64,000 bases of DNA from Deltaproteobacteria bacterium (GTDB lineage: Bacteria > SAR324 > XYD2-FULL-50-16). Position numbers and translations under genes: made by a program. Each line of letters begins with the position of its first letter. Position 1 is the first letter of the stretch. The stretch spans positions 15,277 through 79,276 of the forward strand of contig JABHWU010000124.1 of assembly GCA_018657625.1 (NCBI GenBank). Reading direction: 5' to 3'. A model generated the notes under the pieces. The model was given only the letters and a program-made list of their open reading frames with translations, was not told the origin of the DNA and did not search any database. Of the stretch, positions 50,287 through 60,521 are shown one piece after another.

Positions 50287-51435
50287 TTAATATGCTTCTT
50301 CATTTTTAATTTCATCAGAGGTCAGCTTTTTAGCATCCATCAACTTCCAAACATAAACCACATAGGCCAATACAAAAGGAATTCCCAGTGCCACATAGCT
50401 CATCGTTTTCAAAGTAAAATAGCTGGATGAAGCATTATATATGCTTAAGCTCGACTGCAAATCAAATTTGGACGGATAAAAAGCCGTGTTATTAAAAGCC
50501 GGTAGGCAAAGAACAGCCAAGCCAACTAATACGGTTCCCAATCCCGCGGGCCAGATACCTTTATTACTATTTTTAAATACCGTAATAAAAACACCAAAAA
50601 TCACCAGAAGCAGTCCTACCAGTAATAAAATTAACAGTAACGGTATTGCTAAAAGATTATTCAGGTATTTATATGACTCAATTTGGAAAACGCCTGCACT
50701 ATCAAATCCAAAGCCGTCCATCACTAAAACAGAAATTAAAACATATAGCAAAAATGGTAAGCTAATTAAAAAATTCTTTGTTACAGCAGAACGCGTTCTT
50801 GATTCCAGCTCGCTGGTTTTAGAAAAATCAATGCTATTTAACAGATAGAGCGCGCCCAGGACTCTGGCGTTCAAGACCAGGAAGATACCAAGAGAAAGGT
50901 TGAACAATGAAAAGGCTGCTTCCAATCCTCTTAAATTTATTCCAAAAAGTGTATAATGCCAGGTTACACTGTTGTAATCACTCAATACAAAATTTGAACC
51001 TGTGTAAAAGGTTCCAACAGCAGCTCCAATCAATAGAATTCCAATAACACCGTTTAAAAGCAGAAACAATTCATAGGTTTTAGCTCCCAGAAAATTATCC
51101 GGTTTTTTGCGATATTCATAACTAACAGCCTGAATAATAAAGGAAAAAAGGATAAGCATCCAAACCCAATAAGCACCTCCGAAACTGGTTGCATAGAATT
51201 TTGGAAAGGCAGCAAACAAGGCGCCTCCAAAAAGTACCAGGGTAGTAAATGGCATTTCCCATTTACGACCTAAAGATGTAACAATGAGTGAAGTTTCATG
51301 ATCTGTCTTGGCGAGCTGCCAAATCAAAGTTTGCCCTCCCTGCACAAATGTTAAAAAGAGGAACAAGGCCCCCACGATGGAACAAATCATCCACCATAAC
51401 TGCTGTAAAGTTGAATAATCCAGTGATCCAATCAT
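50287..51435 (-). CDS. cydB: cytochrome bd ubiquinol oxidase subunit II
   Basis: 382 aa, 8-9 TM. Start overlaps cydA stop by 4 bp. CydB-like N-terminus (LQQLWWMICSIVGALFLF). Confidence 0.85.
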   Translation of the reverse strand: MIGSLDYSTLQQLWWMICSIVGALFLFLTFVQGGQTLIWQLAKTDHETSLIVTSLGRKWEMPFTTLVLFGGALFAAFPKFYATSFGGAYWVWMLILFSFIIQAVSYEYRKKPDNFLGAKTYELFLLLNGVIGILLIGAAVGTFYTGSNFVLSDYNSVTWHYTLFGINLRGLEAAFSLFNLSLGIFLVLNARVLGALYLLNSIDFSKTSELESRTRSAVTKNFLISLPFLLYVLISVLVMDGFGFDSAGVFQIESYKYLNNLLAIPLLLILLLVGLLLVIFGVFITVFKNSNKGIWPAGLGTVLVGLAVLCLPAFNNTAFYPSKFDLQSSLSIYNASSSYFTLKTMSYVALGIPFVLAYVVYVWKLMDAKKLTSDEIKNEEAY

Positions 51436-52967
51436 TTTGTTTCCTCCGGTCCAATAGAGATCTGTTTCAGCATAATCTTAATCTCAGCAATTAATAATAA
51501 AGTAAATACAATGAGAAAGAGTGCAAATGTTACTTGGATATTCCCTGCAGTTAGATTAGTAGTAGCGACTTTCACCGGCATTAAACCTTTTATTGCCCAG
51601 GGTTGACGTCCAACTTCCGCGACGATCCACCCTGATTGAGAGGCAAAGATTCCTAATAAGCCGGCAATCAAACCAAAGGGTAACAACCATTTTTTTTCGG
51701 CAACTGTATTTTTCATGGTGAAAAATAAAAACGCGGCAAATAACAGTGGGAAAAATGAACCCAGAATAAACATCACCCGGAAAGCATAATATGTTAGAGG
51801 TACTGGTGGAACCGCCTCTTCAGAACTATCTAAGTAACCATAACCCAGATATTTCTCATTCTCCTTAAAATTAACCAATGCTTCATTGGTAAGTTGGCTA
51901 TTTTTATTTTTTGAAGCATTTTTAAATTTTGCCAGGTCTTGAATAGCTTGCTTTCCTTTCTCAATTTTACTCGCAACACTTTCTATTTTTTCATCCGGAT
52001 TTCCATACACTAAATCATCGATACCTGGAACAAATGAATCAAAAGAACGATTAGCTAGATATGAAAGTACAAAAGGAAATTTAATGTTCAAGTGAAATGC
52101 GTCCTGGGCATCACCCGGTTTTTTATCACCATTTACTATTCCGAATAAACTGAGACCCGCCGGTTTCTCCCCTTTATACATACCCTCCATAGCTGCCAAC
52201 TTCATGGGTTGTTTTTGGGAAACATCAAAGGCAGACTGATCTCCCGTAAAAACAACAAATACAGAAGAAATCAATCCAAAAACGGAAGCAACAATAATCG
52301 ATTTTTTTGCCATCTCAAGGTGCTTGCCTTTTATTAAATACCAAGAGGAAACTGTCAGGACAAATAGTGAGGCGTATAAAAACCCGGAACTGGAAGTATG
52401 TGTGAATTTAGCTACAGCTACCGGATTGAAAACAACTTCGGCAAAATTAACCATTTCAAAACGAGTCGTAGTAGGATTAAACGCCATACCAACAGGATTT
52501 TGCATCCAGGCATTGGCTACCAGAATCCAAACCGCGGATAAATTTGACCCAATGGCTACCATCCAGGTTGAAAACAGATGGAACTTTTTGGATACCCGAT
52601 TCCAGCCAAAAAACATAACAGCAAAAAAGGTTGCCTCCAGGAAGAAAGCAAAAATTCCTTCAATTGCTAATGGTGCGCCAAATATATCACCCACCATCCA
52701 GGAATAATTAGACCAGTTGGTTCCAAATTCAAACTCAAGAATAATACCAGTCGCAACACCAATCGCAAAATTAATACCGAATAATGTCATCCAGAATTTT
52801 GTAATCGCTTTCCACTCATTTTTGCCTGTTTTGACATAGATGGATTCAAAAAAGGCACATAAAAAAGATAATCCCAATGTTAACGGCACGAACAACCAAT
52901 GATACATTGCCGTCAGCGCAAACTGTGCTCTGGCCCAATTTACCATGTTTAGATCAATATCAATCAT
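51432..52967 (-). CDS. cydA: cytochrome bd ubiquinol oxidase subunit I
   Basis: Start set at ATG 52967 (RBS ggaggt upstream; the ORF-track start at 53012 is an upstream GTG inside the IS-adjacent leader). MIDIDLNMVNWARAQFALTAMYHWLFVP canonical CydA N-terminus. Q-loop present. Confidence 0.85.
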   Translation of the reverse strand: MIDIDLNMVNWARAQFALTAMYHWLFVPLTLGLSFLCAFFESIYVKTGKNEWKAITKFWMTLFGINFAIGVATGIILEFEFGTNWSNYSWMVGDIFGAPLAIEGIFAFFLEATFFAVMFFGWNRVSKKFHLFSTWMVAIGSNLSAVWILVANAWMQNPVGMAFNPTTTRFEMVNFAEVVFNPVAVAKFTHTSSSGFLYASLFVLTVSSWYLIKGKHLEMAKKSIIVASVFGLISSVFVVFTGDQSAFDVSQKQPMKLAAMEGMYKGEKPAGLSLFGIVNGDKKPGDAQDAFHLNIKFPFVLSYLANRSFDSFVPGIDDLVYGNPDEKIESVASKIEKGKQAIQDLAKFKNASKNKNSQLTNEALVNFKENEKYLGYGYLDSSEEAVPPVPLTYYAFRVMFILGSFFPLLFAAFLFFTMKNTVAEKKWLLPFGLIAGLLGIFASQSGWIVAEVGRQPWAIKGLMPVKVATTNLTAGNIQVTFALFLIVFTLLLIAEIKIMLKQISIGPEETK

Positions 52968-53022
52968 ATTAAAACCTCCGATATTTTCGATTTTTAAGTT
53001 AGGAAACCACACATCTAAAAAT

Positions 53023-54414
53023 GGGTCTTCCGCAGAATTAGTGGATTAAATACAAACCATAGGAGTGAGTAAAAAATAACTTTTTTATTGCGACGCACAG
53101 AAAAATACTCCAAAATATTTTAGCAATAAAATATAAAAAAGGAGGTTTCCTGTGCGCATAATTACTCTACTGAATCAAGTTTATTATCTCAAATCATTTG
53201 TTTATAAAAATGATAAAATTGAAGAAGTTGATGGAATGAAAGCCTTTGTGGTTGATATTATTCCCCGGAAAAATAGTAAAGTTGTTTGCCCAATTTGTAA
53301 ATTGCAATGTCCGACGTATGATCATCAGAAAAAACCGAGATTATATGAGTTCATACCGATTTGGGGGATGAAAGTTTACTTTAGATATTTATCTCGTCGT
53401 AGTGTTTGTTTTATTTGTGGTGTTCATGTTGAACTTATTCCATGGGCTGAAGGTAAGAATCATTTGACTAAAGCGTTTCAGATTTTTCTAGCAAAATGGG
53501 CACGACGTTTATCCTGGAAAGAAACAGCAGAGATATTTCAAACCAGCTGGGATAGTGTGTTTCGATCAGTAAAATCAGTTGTTGCTTTTGGATTGAAGCA
53601 TAGACGATTAGATAATATTACAGCAATTGGCGTTGATGAATGGCAGTATAGTCACGGACATAAATATTTAACACTTGTCTATCAACTCAATGACAATATG
53701 AAACGCCTTTTATTTGTAACCAAAGACCGAACTAAGCAATCATTACATGAGTTTTTTGATAAATTTGGCGAAAAACGTTCACAACAACTAAAATATGTTT
53801 GTACAGATATGTGGAGAAAATACTTAGATGTTATCGCTGAACGTGTACCAGCAGCTTTAAATATACTTGACCGGTTTCATATTGTTCAAAACTTGAATAA
53901 AGCTGTTAACAAAGTCAGAATTGCTGAAGCCAGGTTCCATCAACAAGAAGGTTATGAAGCAATATTAAAGCATACGAAATACTGTTTTTTGAAAAGAAGA
54001 GAGAATTTGACTTCCAATCAAGAATATAAACTCAAAGATGTTCTTAGGTATGATTTAAAAAGTGTTCGGGCATACTTGCTAAAAGAGAGTTTTCAACTAT
54101 TTTGGAGTTATAAAAATCCTTATTGGGCTGAGTGGTATTTAAAAAAATGGTGTACAAGAGCGATGCGCTCAAGATTAGATCCAATCAAAAAGTTCGTAAA
54201 AATGCTTCGTAATCATCAACCACTTTTAATGAATTGGTTTAAGGCAAAAAAAGCCTATTCATCAGGCTCCATTGAGGGGTTAAATCGAAAAATAAATCTT
54301 GTTACAAGAAAATCTTATGGATTTAGGAGCTATGAAATCCTTAAGATAGCTTTATTTCACACAATGGGTGACCTTCCCGAACCGGAATTAACCCACAGAT
54401 TTTGCTGAAGAGGC
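53023..54414 (+). mobile_element. ISL3-family insertion sequence (about 1.39 kb) with 8 bp target-site duplication CTAAAAAT
   Basis: Imperfect about 24 bp terminal IRs (gggtcttccgcagaattagtgg / ccacagattttgctgaagaggc, 17/24 match). Identical CTAAAAAT at 53015-53022 and 54415-54422. Single transposase ORF inside. Confidence 0.8.
53152..54408 (+). CDS. ISL3-family transposase
   Basis: 418 aa. N-terminal zinc-ribbon-like CPICKLQCP...C, DDE region with typical ISL3 spacing (GVDEW..., DMW..., C-terminal KINLVTRKSYGFRS). Confidence 0.85.
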   Translation: MRIITLLNQVYYLKSFVYKNDKIEEVDGMKAFVVDIIPRKNSKVVCPICKLQCPTYDHQKKPRLYEFIPIWGMKVYFRYLSRRSVCFICGVHVELIPWAEGKNHLTKAFQIFLAKWARRLSWKETAEIFQTSWDSVFRSVKSVVAFGLKHRRLDNITAIGVDEWQYSHGHKYLTLVYQLNDNMKRLLFVTKDRTKQSLHEFFDKFGEKRSQQLKYVCTDMWRKYLDVIAERVPAALNILDRFHIVQNLNKAVNKVRIAEARFHQQEGYEAILKHTKYCFLKRRENLTSNQEYKLKDVLRYDLKSVRAYLLKESFQLFWSYKNPYWAEWYLKKWCTRAMRSRLDPIKKFVKMLRNHQPLLMNWFKAKKAYSSGSIEGLNRKINLVTRKSYGFRSYEILKIALFHTMGDLPEPELTHRFC

Positions 54415-54454
54415 CTAAAAATTAAAACAAACTGCCAAACATATCCTCAATCTA

Positions 54455-54676
54455 CTACTGGCCATCTTTCTGAACCGGACGCAGCAATTGATTCATCACA
54501 TGATCCGCCTTTTCAGTGTCTGTGTTAAAAGTAGTATTTAAATAATTAGGGAAAAAGAACATTTTTAAAACTGCAAACATGATAAAAAGTTTTATAAAAA
54601 TAATCCCCCATAACTTTTTACCAACTGTCATGCTTTTAAACCCATCATAATAAAAAGAGTAAATTTTGGATAACAT
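54455..54676 (-). CDS. small membrane protein of cyd operon (DUF4492-like)
   Basis: 73 aa, one TM (LWGIIFIKLFIMFAVLKMFFF). Position immediately upstream of cydA as in Bacteroidota cyd operons. Family call from memory of the conserved SFYYDGF/IKLFIMFAVLK pattern. Confidence 0.5.
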   Translation of the reverse strand: MLSKIYSFYYDGFKSMTVGKKLWGIIFIKLFIMFAVLKMFFFPNYLNTTFNTDTEKADHVMNQLLRPVQKDGQ

Positions 54677-54727
54677 GTTACCTTTTCTGATCAGTATTCT
54701 ATTATTAAATTAATTTACAAAATCAAA

Positions 54728-55162
54728 TTAGCCAAATTTTTGATCCTGTGAGAAACAAAAATCTTCCTGAATAAGTTGAGCAAAATTAATATTAGCCAGG
54801 TTTTCCCGTAACTGACTACTGGCATTGTCCCAAACACGATGCACCTTGCAGCGTGGATTCGAAGGGCAAAGCCTGGGCCGACCAACACAATCATTTAAGT
54901 AAATTCTGCCGATCATTATCTCCACGACCTGCAACAGTGTAATCTCTTTTGGGTCTTTTAACAAACGATAACCGCCACCGGCCCCTTGTTTTATTTCAAT
55001 CAACCTGGCTTTACTGAGATCCTGGACTATCTTGGCCAGAAAACCTGCTGGTATTTCAGCATTTTGCGATATCTCTAGTTTTTTTACAGATATCCCAACA
55101 CCTCTCTTCGAAAGATATGTGATACACCTTATAGCGTATTCACCGGCCCGTGTTAGTCTCAT
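54728..55162 (-). CDS. Rrf2-family transcriptional regulator (IscR/NsrR-like, Cys-containing)
   Basis: MRLTRAGEYAIRCITYLS wHTH start. C-terminal Cys triad CVGRPRLCPSNPRC typical of Fe-S-binding Rrf2 members. Confidence 0.8.
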   Translation of the reverse strand: MRLTRAGEYAIRCITYLSKRGVGISVKKLEISQNAEIPAGFLAKIVQDLSKARLIEIKQGAGGGYRLLKDPKEITLLQVVEIMIGRIYLNDCVGRPRLCPSNPRCKVHRVWDNASSQLRENLANINFAQLIQEDFCFSQDQKFG

Positions 55163-55174
55163 AAAATCTCATAT

Positions 55175-55200
55175 AGGATAAATAAGGCATTATTTATCCT
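55175..55200. promoter_or_regulatory. perfect 10 bp-arm inverted repeat, candidate Rrf2 operator
   Basis: aggataaata-aggcat-tatttatcct, 13 bp upstream of the Rrf2 gene start codon. Confidence 0.4.
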
Positions 55201-55566
55201 ATTTTAATTTGATGTCAAGAATTTTTTAAAGTCTATGATTGTTTTTTGTTATCAAATAAAAAATGACCTTTCAGAATAAGTTTATGTGCATTTTACTGCA
55301 TGTTCTAAAAATCGCTTAACCCCCTCTCAAAAATGGCTACTTGACGTTAGATAAAAATCCAATTCCAGTCACTTGCCCAGATGGATGATATGATGTAATC
55401 ATTATTTACATAAAAAACAGCATTCTATTTGGCATTACTACCAGTTTATTGCAATCTTCAATTAGGTAACATCTGTCAGCATATTGCGCAAAGTCGAAAA
55501 GGCACAGATATGGTTTAGAATCATCTTCATCGTTAACATAAAATAACTTCAATCTAAATCCTAAAC

Positions 55567-56157
55567 ATGAAAATTATCAGAAAAAAAGACCTGACAACCA
55601 GTCAATGGTCAGGGGGAACAACAACTCAATTATATATTTACCCCAAACAGGCCACCTATCAGAAATTAAATTTTGATTTCCGGCTCAGTTCAGCCAGAGT
55701 TGAGATTGAGGAATCCACCTTTACAAAATTGAAAGGGATTTCCAGAATCATCATGGTTTTAGAAGGGGAAACGTTTCTAACCCACAAACAACGTGATACT
55801 GTTTACTTAAAAAAGTTCAATATTGATCACTTTGAAGGCGATTGGGATACATCCAGTAAAGGCAAAGTAGTAGATTTTAATTTGATGTTGAATCAAAACT
55901 ACGAAGGGAATCTTAGTCACCTGATTCTAACTAAAAACCGATCTCAGCCGGTACAACAAACAAATAAAAACGGATCTTTAATCATTTATCTATATCAGGG
56001 TCTGGTGTATGTCATAGCAGGCGAGAAAGAAATTACCATGGGTGCCGGTGATACCCTGGTCTTAAATTCAACAAAGGACAAAGGAAATATCAATATCAAT
56101 GCACCCGAAGCTAGTGTCTTAATTATATCTGAAATTAGTAAAAAAAAAGATAAATGA
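55567..56157 (+). CDS. HutD/Ves-family protein (cupin-like), tentative
   Basis: 196 aa. N-terminal KDLTTSQWSGGTTTQLYIYP resembles the conserved HutD start (W-x-GG-T-x-L). Otherwise unannotated. Confidence 0.4.
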   Translation: MKIIRKKDLTTSQWSGGTTTQLYIYPKQATYQKLNFDFRLSSARVEIEESTFTKLKGISRIIMVLEGETFLTHKQRDTVYLKKFNIDHFEGDWDTSSKGKVVDFNLMLNQNYEGNLSHLILTKNRSQPVQQTNKNGSLIIYLYQGLVYVIAGEKEITMGAGDTLVLNSTKDKGNININAPEASVLIISEISKKKDK

Positions 56158-56762
56158 AACATAACACTCTATTTAACAGCCTTATTTGGAGACCAGCACG
56201 CTCACAAAGATAATCCACTATAAGCTTAATCCCTTTTTTCTTAGAAATTTTGCTATTCTTATTACATTCTTGAGTTTCAATCCATCTGGGTTCAAAAGAC
56301 AATCCACAGGATTTATACTTCCCTTCGCTATGATTATATGGCTGCAAATCAACTCGTAATAGCCCCGGTCTACTCTTTCTATCGCTAATTTAACAGCGGC
56401 AATTGATATTTATGGTTGTTTATAATGATAATAACCATCATTGTTATCATCGCATAAAATTGGGGGATACTCGCTAACAGAAAAGTACAGAATAACCTAT
56501 AATTTGTTATTTCAAGTTTTGAAGAAACGGGTCCCTAAGAATGACACCAGCTATAAATTTTTAGACAGGAGAAGCACTAAAACTGCTTCTTTTGATAACA
56601 AACACCCAATGTTGATTGAAGATTTAGGGGAACAAGTTGAAATTGGGGTAGTGTTTTTGAGAAGTATTTGAGCCAATATTTATAAAAATCGAAAAATCAG
56701 AATTGAGATAGAAAAAACCTGTGATTTTGAATCATAAAAAAATCACAGGTTCATACTACCTT

Positions 56763-57860
56763 TTAATAAACTGAATTTGTTGATTCTGCATCGAAAATAT
56801 GCAGATGTTCCAGATTGAGTGTTATCTTAACATTATCTTTGGCTCTTAGAATCGTTCTGCCTTCACATCTTCCAATGATCTTATTTCCACCAAAGTCTAA
56901 ATGTGCGTAGGTTTCACTTCCCAGGGGTTCAGTAACATCAATGCTTGCATCGTAGATCCATTCAGCATTTATGGTTTGATCTTCTGCATTTAAATTAATA
57001 TCTTCTGTTCTCAATCCCATAACAACTTTCTGACCAGTTTTTATTTTCATATCAGGTCTTTCAGGGATTGGTATTTGAAGATCACCCATCAATGACAAGG
57101 CTAGTCCTTTTCCTTCAGAGATGACTTCAGCATCTATTAAATTCATAGGTGGGTTACCAATGAATCCAGCAACAAAAGTGTTTACAGGATTTTGAAACAA
57201 TTCAATCGGGTTACCAACTTGTTCAATATAACCGTCCCGCATGACAACAATTCTGTCACCTAATGTCATCGCTTCAACCTGGTCATGGGTAACATAAATA
57301 ATTGTATTATTAACCCTTTGATGTAATTGTTTAATTTCCACCCGCATTTGAGTTCTAAGTTTAGCATCCAAATTTGATAAAGGTTCATCAAATAGAAAAA
57401 TCTCAGGGTTTCTCACAATAGCACGCCCCATTGCCACACGTTGTCTTTGTCCACCGGAAAGTTCAGATGGTTTTCTCTCTAATAAACTTTCAATATTAAG
57501 TATTTTAGCGGCCTTTGTCACTCGTTCCTGAATTTCATCTTTCGGTGTCTTTTTCAATCGTAAACCGAACGACATATTATTAAATACGTTCATATGCGGA
57601 TAAAGTGCATAGTTCTGGAAAACCATGGCAACATTCCGATCTTTGGGTGGGATATTGTTAACAACCCGATCACCAATTTTAATTTCACCATCACTAATCT
57701 CTTCTAATCCAGCAATCATCCGAAGCGTTGTAGACTTTCCACATCCGGAAGGACCAACTAATACAATGAATTCAGAATCCTGAATCTCCAGATTGATGGA
57801 ATGAACGACTTCTAAATTGCCAAAGCGTTTAACTATATTGTTTAAAGATACGGTAGTCAT
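56763..57860 (-). CDS. sugar ABC transporter ATP-binding protein (MalK/UgpC/MsmK-like), orphan
   Basis: [34 protein letters not shown]-terminal TOBE/MalK regulatory domain. No permease or SBP genes adjacent. Confidence 0.85.
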   Translation of the reverse strand: MTTVSLNNIVKRFGNLEVVHSINLEIQDSEFIVLVGPSGCGKSTTLRMIAGLEEISDGEIKIGDRVVNNIPPKDRNVAMVFQNYALYPHMNVFNNMSFGLRLKKTPKDEIQERVTKAAKILNIESLLERKPSELSGGQRQRVAMGRAIVRNPEIFLFDEPLSNLDAKLRTQMRVEIKQLHQRVNNTIIYVTHDQVEAMTLGDRIVVMRDGYIEQVGNPIELFQNPVNTFVAGFIGNPPMNLIDAEVISEGKGLALSLMGDLQIPIPERPDMKIKTGQKVVMGLRTEDINLNAEDQTINAEWIYDASIDVTEPLGSETYAHLDFGGNKIIGRCEGRTILRAKDNVKITLNLEHLHIFDAESTNSVY

Positions 57861-58034
57861 CGGAACCTTATTGATTTAAGTTTAAAAAAAGAATATGCTT
57901 TTTGTTAACAGAATACAGGTTATTGTATTTTGTTAACAAAAGTCAATTGAAATATTTTTATAGTCAGTTTTAAATACAAAAAGATAGATAAGAGAACCTC
58001 AAACCAATTTGGTGATATCATTAACAGGAATTTC

Positions 58035-58925
58035 ATGGAACTCTCGCATTTACAAACGACAACAAAAACAAGGTTACTTCATTTTTTTTTGATTAATGTT
58101 AAATCAGGGAATAAGATTCCGTCTGAATTGAGTCTATCAAAAAAACTCGAAGTCAGCAGAACTGTTATCAGAAAAGTAGTATTAGATTTACAGCGGGATG
58201 GAACACTGGATAAAGAAAAAAGAATTGTTCATTCAGACATATCGATCAATGAAAATGAAATGAATCAGATTTCAAAAACTGGTGAATTGCAATTTAGAGA
58301 TTTCTTTTTTAACCAGGTACACAATGGATTTATTTTACCGGGAAATCGATTTTCAGTTTTGGAATTGGCGGATCAATCTCATTGTAATCGTACAATTGTC
58401 CGTGAATTTTTATATCAATTCAGTCGTTATGGATTAATCGAAAAACTACCACGGAAGATGTGGGGTATGGTTGAAATTGATAGTAAGTATATTAAAGATC
58501 TACTGTCAGCCCGCGAAAATATTGAAAAAGCAGCTTTAAAAAAAATATATGACAATGACGTATCTCATATTGATCCTCAATTGAAATCTGCTTTTGATCA
58601 AATTAGCAGTATTGATATAATTACCACCACCCCTGATTCTTTCCAGGAATATGAGAATATTTTTTTCAACCAACTATTGTTGGTTGAAAGGAACCGGTTT
58701 ATTACTGAATTTTATAATCATTTACATTTCATTTCGTGCTTCCTATATCAATGGATTCCAATTACAGAATTTGATCATATTGACTTACGCCATACTTTTT
58801 TGATTCAATTATTAGAAGCAATCGAGTCTCAACAATTAGAAAACAGTCTGATGCTTTTTACCGATTTCTATCAGTGTTTATATCACCAATTAGAAGATTC
58901 TCTTCGATTATTAAAATTCCCATAA
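58035..58925 (+). CDS. transcriptional regulator with two tandem GntR-type wHTH domains and FCD-like helical C-terminus
   Basis: HTH 1: GNKIPSELSLSKKLEVSRTVIRKVVLDLQRDG. HTH 2: ILPGNRFSVLELADQSHCNRTIVREFLYQFSRYGLIEK. Helical C-terminal domain. Confidence 0.5.
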   Translation: MELSHLQTTTKTRLLHFFLINVKSGNKIPSELSLSKKLEVSRTVIRKVVLDLQRDGTLDKEKRIVHSDISINENEMNQISKTGELQFRDFFFNQVHNGFILPGNRFSVLELADQSHCNRTIVREFLYQFSRYGLIEKLPRKMWGMVEIDSKYIKDLLSARENIEKAALKKIYDNDVSHIDPQLKSAFDQISSIDIITTTPDSFQEYENIFFNQLLLVERNRFITEFYNHLHFISCFLYQWIPITEFDHIDLRHTFLIQLLEAIESQQLENSLMLFTDFYQCLYHQLEDSLRLLKFP

Positions 58926-59153
58926 CTGGCAGTTTGTTCACTTTTCAACGCATTGTAATACGCTTTTATATCAATATAATATAAAGTATTCATAAATAAA
59001 AGAAAACAGTTGTTTACTTTTTGAAAATTATGATCTACGATTAGTTCATATTATAGATAAAAAAGTAACATTTTAATTTTTTTGTATCTATATTTAGATT
59101 AAAAGTGAACATATGTATGTTTTTAAATATTTCTATTTTTTAGAGGAGATATC

Positions 59154-59564
59154 ATGAGTGCTAAATTCATATTAAAACAAATGCCGGATCAATGGTCATA
59201 TCGTGTTCCTCAGGATCAATTTGCGCTAAAGCTTGAGTATGTTAAAAATATGATGAAACAGTCGCTTAGAGAAACATCTACATCCGTGATGGCTCCTAGT
59301 AATAATTGGACACAATTGGCGGAAAAAAAGTATCAAACTGACAAATTGAATGCAGTATCAATATTTAATAATTTTTGCACAGTGATTGCCCAGGCATTAA
59401 TTTTCAAAGATCTTCATAAATACTTATTTCCATACGGGCGAAGTCATTTATTATGGTTTAATTCGGTCTTAGCAAAAATCACAGGGAAGACGGATCGGGA
59501 AATGTTTTTTCTAATGGCCAAAAACAAAGATCTATTGCAGGAATCTAAAAAATTAGTAGCCTAG
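59154..59564 (+). CDS. hypothetical protein (136 aa)
   Basis: Reasonable codon usage, preceded by gaggaga RBS. No motifs recognised. Confidence 0.4.
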   Translation: MSAKFILKQMPDQWSYRVPQDQFALKLEYVKNMMKQSLRETSTSVMAPSNNWTQLAEKKYQTDKLNAVSIFNNFCTVIAQALIFKDLHKYLFPYGRSHLLWFNSVLAKITGKTDREMFFLMAKNKDLLQESKKLVA

Positions 59565-59603
59565 GTTTTAAAAAGGATGATTAATACAAATTATAGTGGA
59601 GTT

Positions 59604-60521
59604 CTAATTGGCATTTGTGATTTCGTTATCACTATCCTCTTCTTTTGGTTTTCGCTCAAGGCTGGTTCCGTTGAGTTTTGCCCCTTTTAGTTTTATACCT
59701 TTCAGGTTTGACTCGGTAAAATTAGCTCCTTTCAAATCAGCATTTTCAAAATTTGCGTTTTTCAGGTTTGCTGAGTTAAAATCAACTTCTTTAGAATCGG
59801 AATCTTTTAAATTAGCATTTGTCAATTCGGTATTAATACAAGTTGCATAAGTAAAATTCGCCCCTTTCAGGTCCGCATTTTTCAAGTTAGCATTATTTAA
59901 ATTTGAAAAAGACAGATTGATCCGCAGTGAGGTGGATGATTCTAGATTTGCATTTTCGAGATTAGAACGACTTAAATTAGCATAGGATAGCTCTGCATTT
60001 TTACTGGAACTGTTTTTAAGCTTTGCCTCTACCATATCCACACCCATTAAGACAGCTTCGTTAAATGTGGTATTTGTCAAATCAGTACTTGAGAAATCAG
60101 CACGGGACAATTCTGCTGCATTGAAATTAGAATCCTGGATATTCGCTCCCGAAAAAACTGCTGAAATAGCTGTAGAATTCGAAAAATCAGTATTTAACAA
60201 ATTAGTATTTTTTAAGATAGTATCATTTAAAATAGCTCCACTTAAATTCGCCCCTTTTAGATTTGCTTTGGATAGTTGTGCCCGGCTTAAATTGGCTTTC
60301 TTTAAATTAATACCGCTTAAATCAGCACCTTGAAAATTGGCTCCTTCCAAATTAGCACCCTCTAGATCTGTATTTGGTATTGACGCCCATTTATATTCTC
60401 CGTTCGAACCATCTTTAGTTCGAAGTAACTCTTCTGTATCGTTTTTTGCCATGGTTTTTATTCTAAACTCGGGTTTTGACGGTGGAGTACTATTCATAAC
60501 ATCAAATATCAACTCTAACAT
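59604..60521 (-). CDS. pentapeptide-repeat protein
   Basis: About 45 consecutive A(N/D)LxG-type pentapeptides (ANLEGANFQGADLSGINLKKANLSRAQLSKANLKGANLSGA...). Confidence 0.8.
   Translation of the reverse strand: MLELIFDVMNSTPPSKPEFRIKTMAKNDTEELLRTKDGSNGEYKWASIPNTDLEGANLEGANFQGADLSGINLKKANLSRAQLSKANLKGANLSGAILNDTILKNTNLLNTDFSNSTAISAVFSGANIQDSNFNAAELSRADFSSTDLTNTTFNEAVLMGVDMVEAKLKNSSSKNAELSYANLSRSNLENANLESSTSLRINLSFSNLNNANLKNADLKGANFTYATCINTELTNANLKDSDSKEVDFNSANLKNANFENADLKGANFTESNLKGIKLKGAKLNGTSLERKPKEEDSDNEITNAN

Noticed and set aside
53152-53238. Alternative later start (MKAFVVD) for the transposase
   Set aside because: ISL3 transposases carry an N-terminal extension before the zinc-ribbon region, and the longer frame begins just inside the left IR. 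I kept the longer ORF but the exact start is uncertain.
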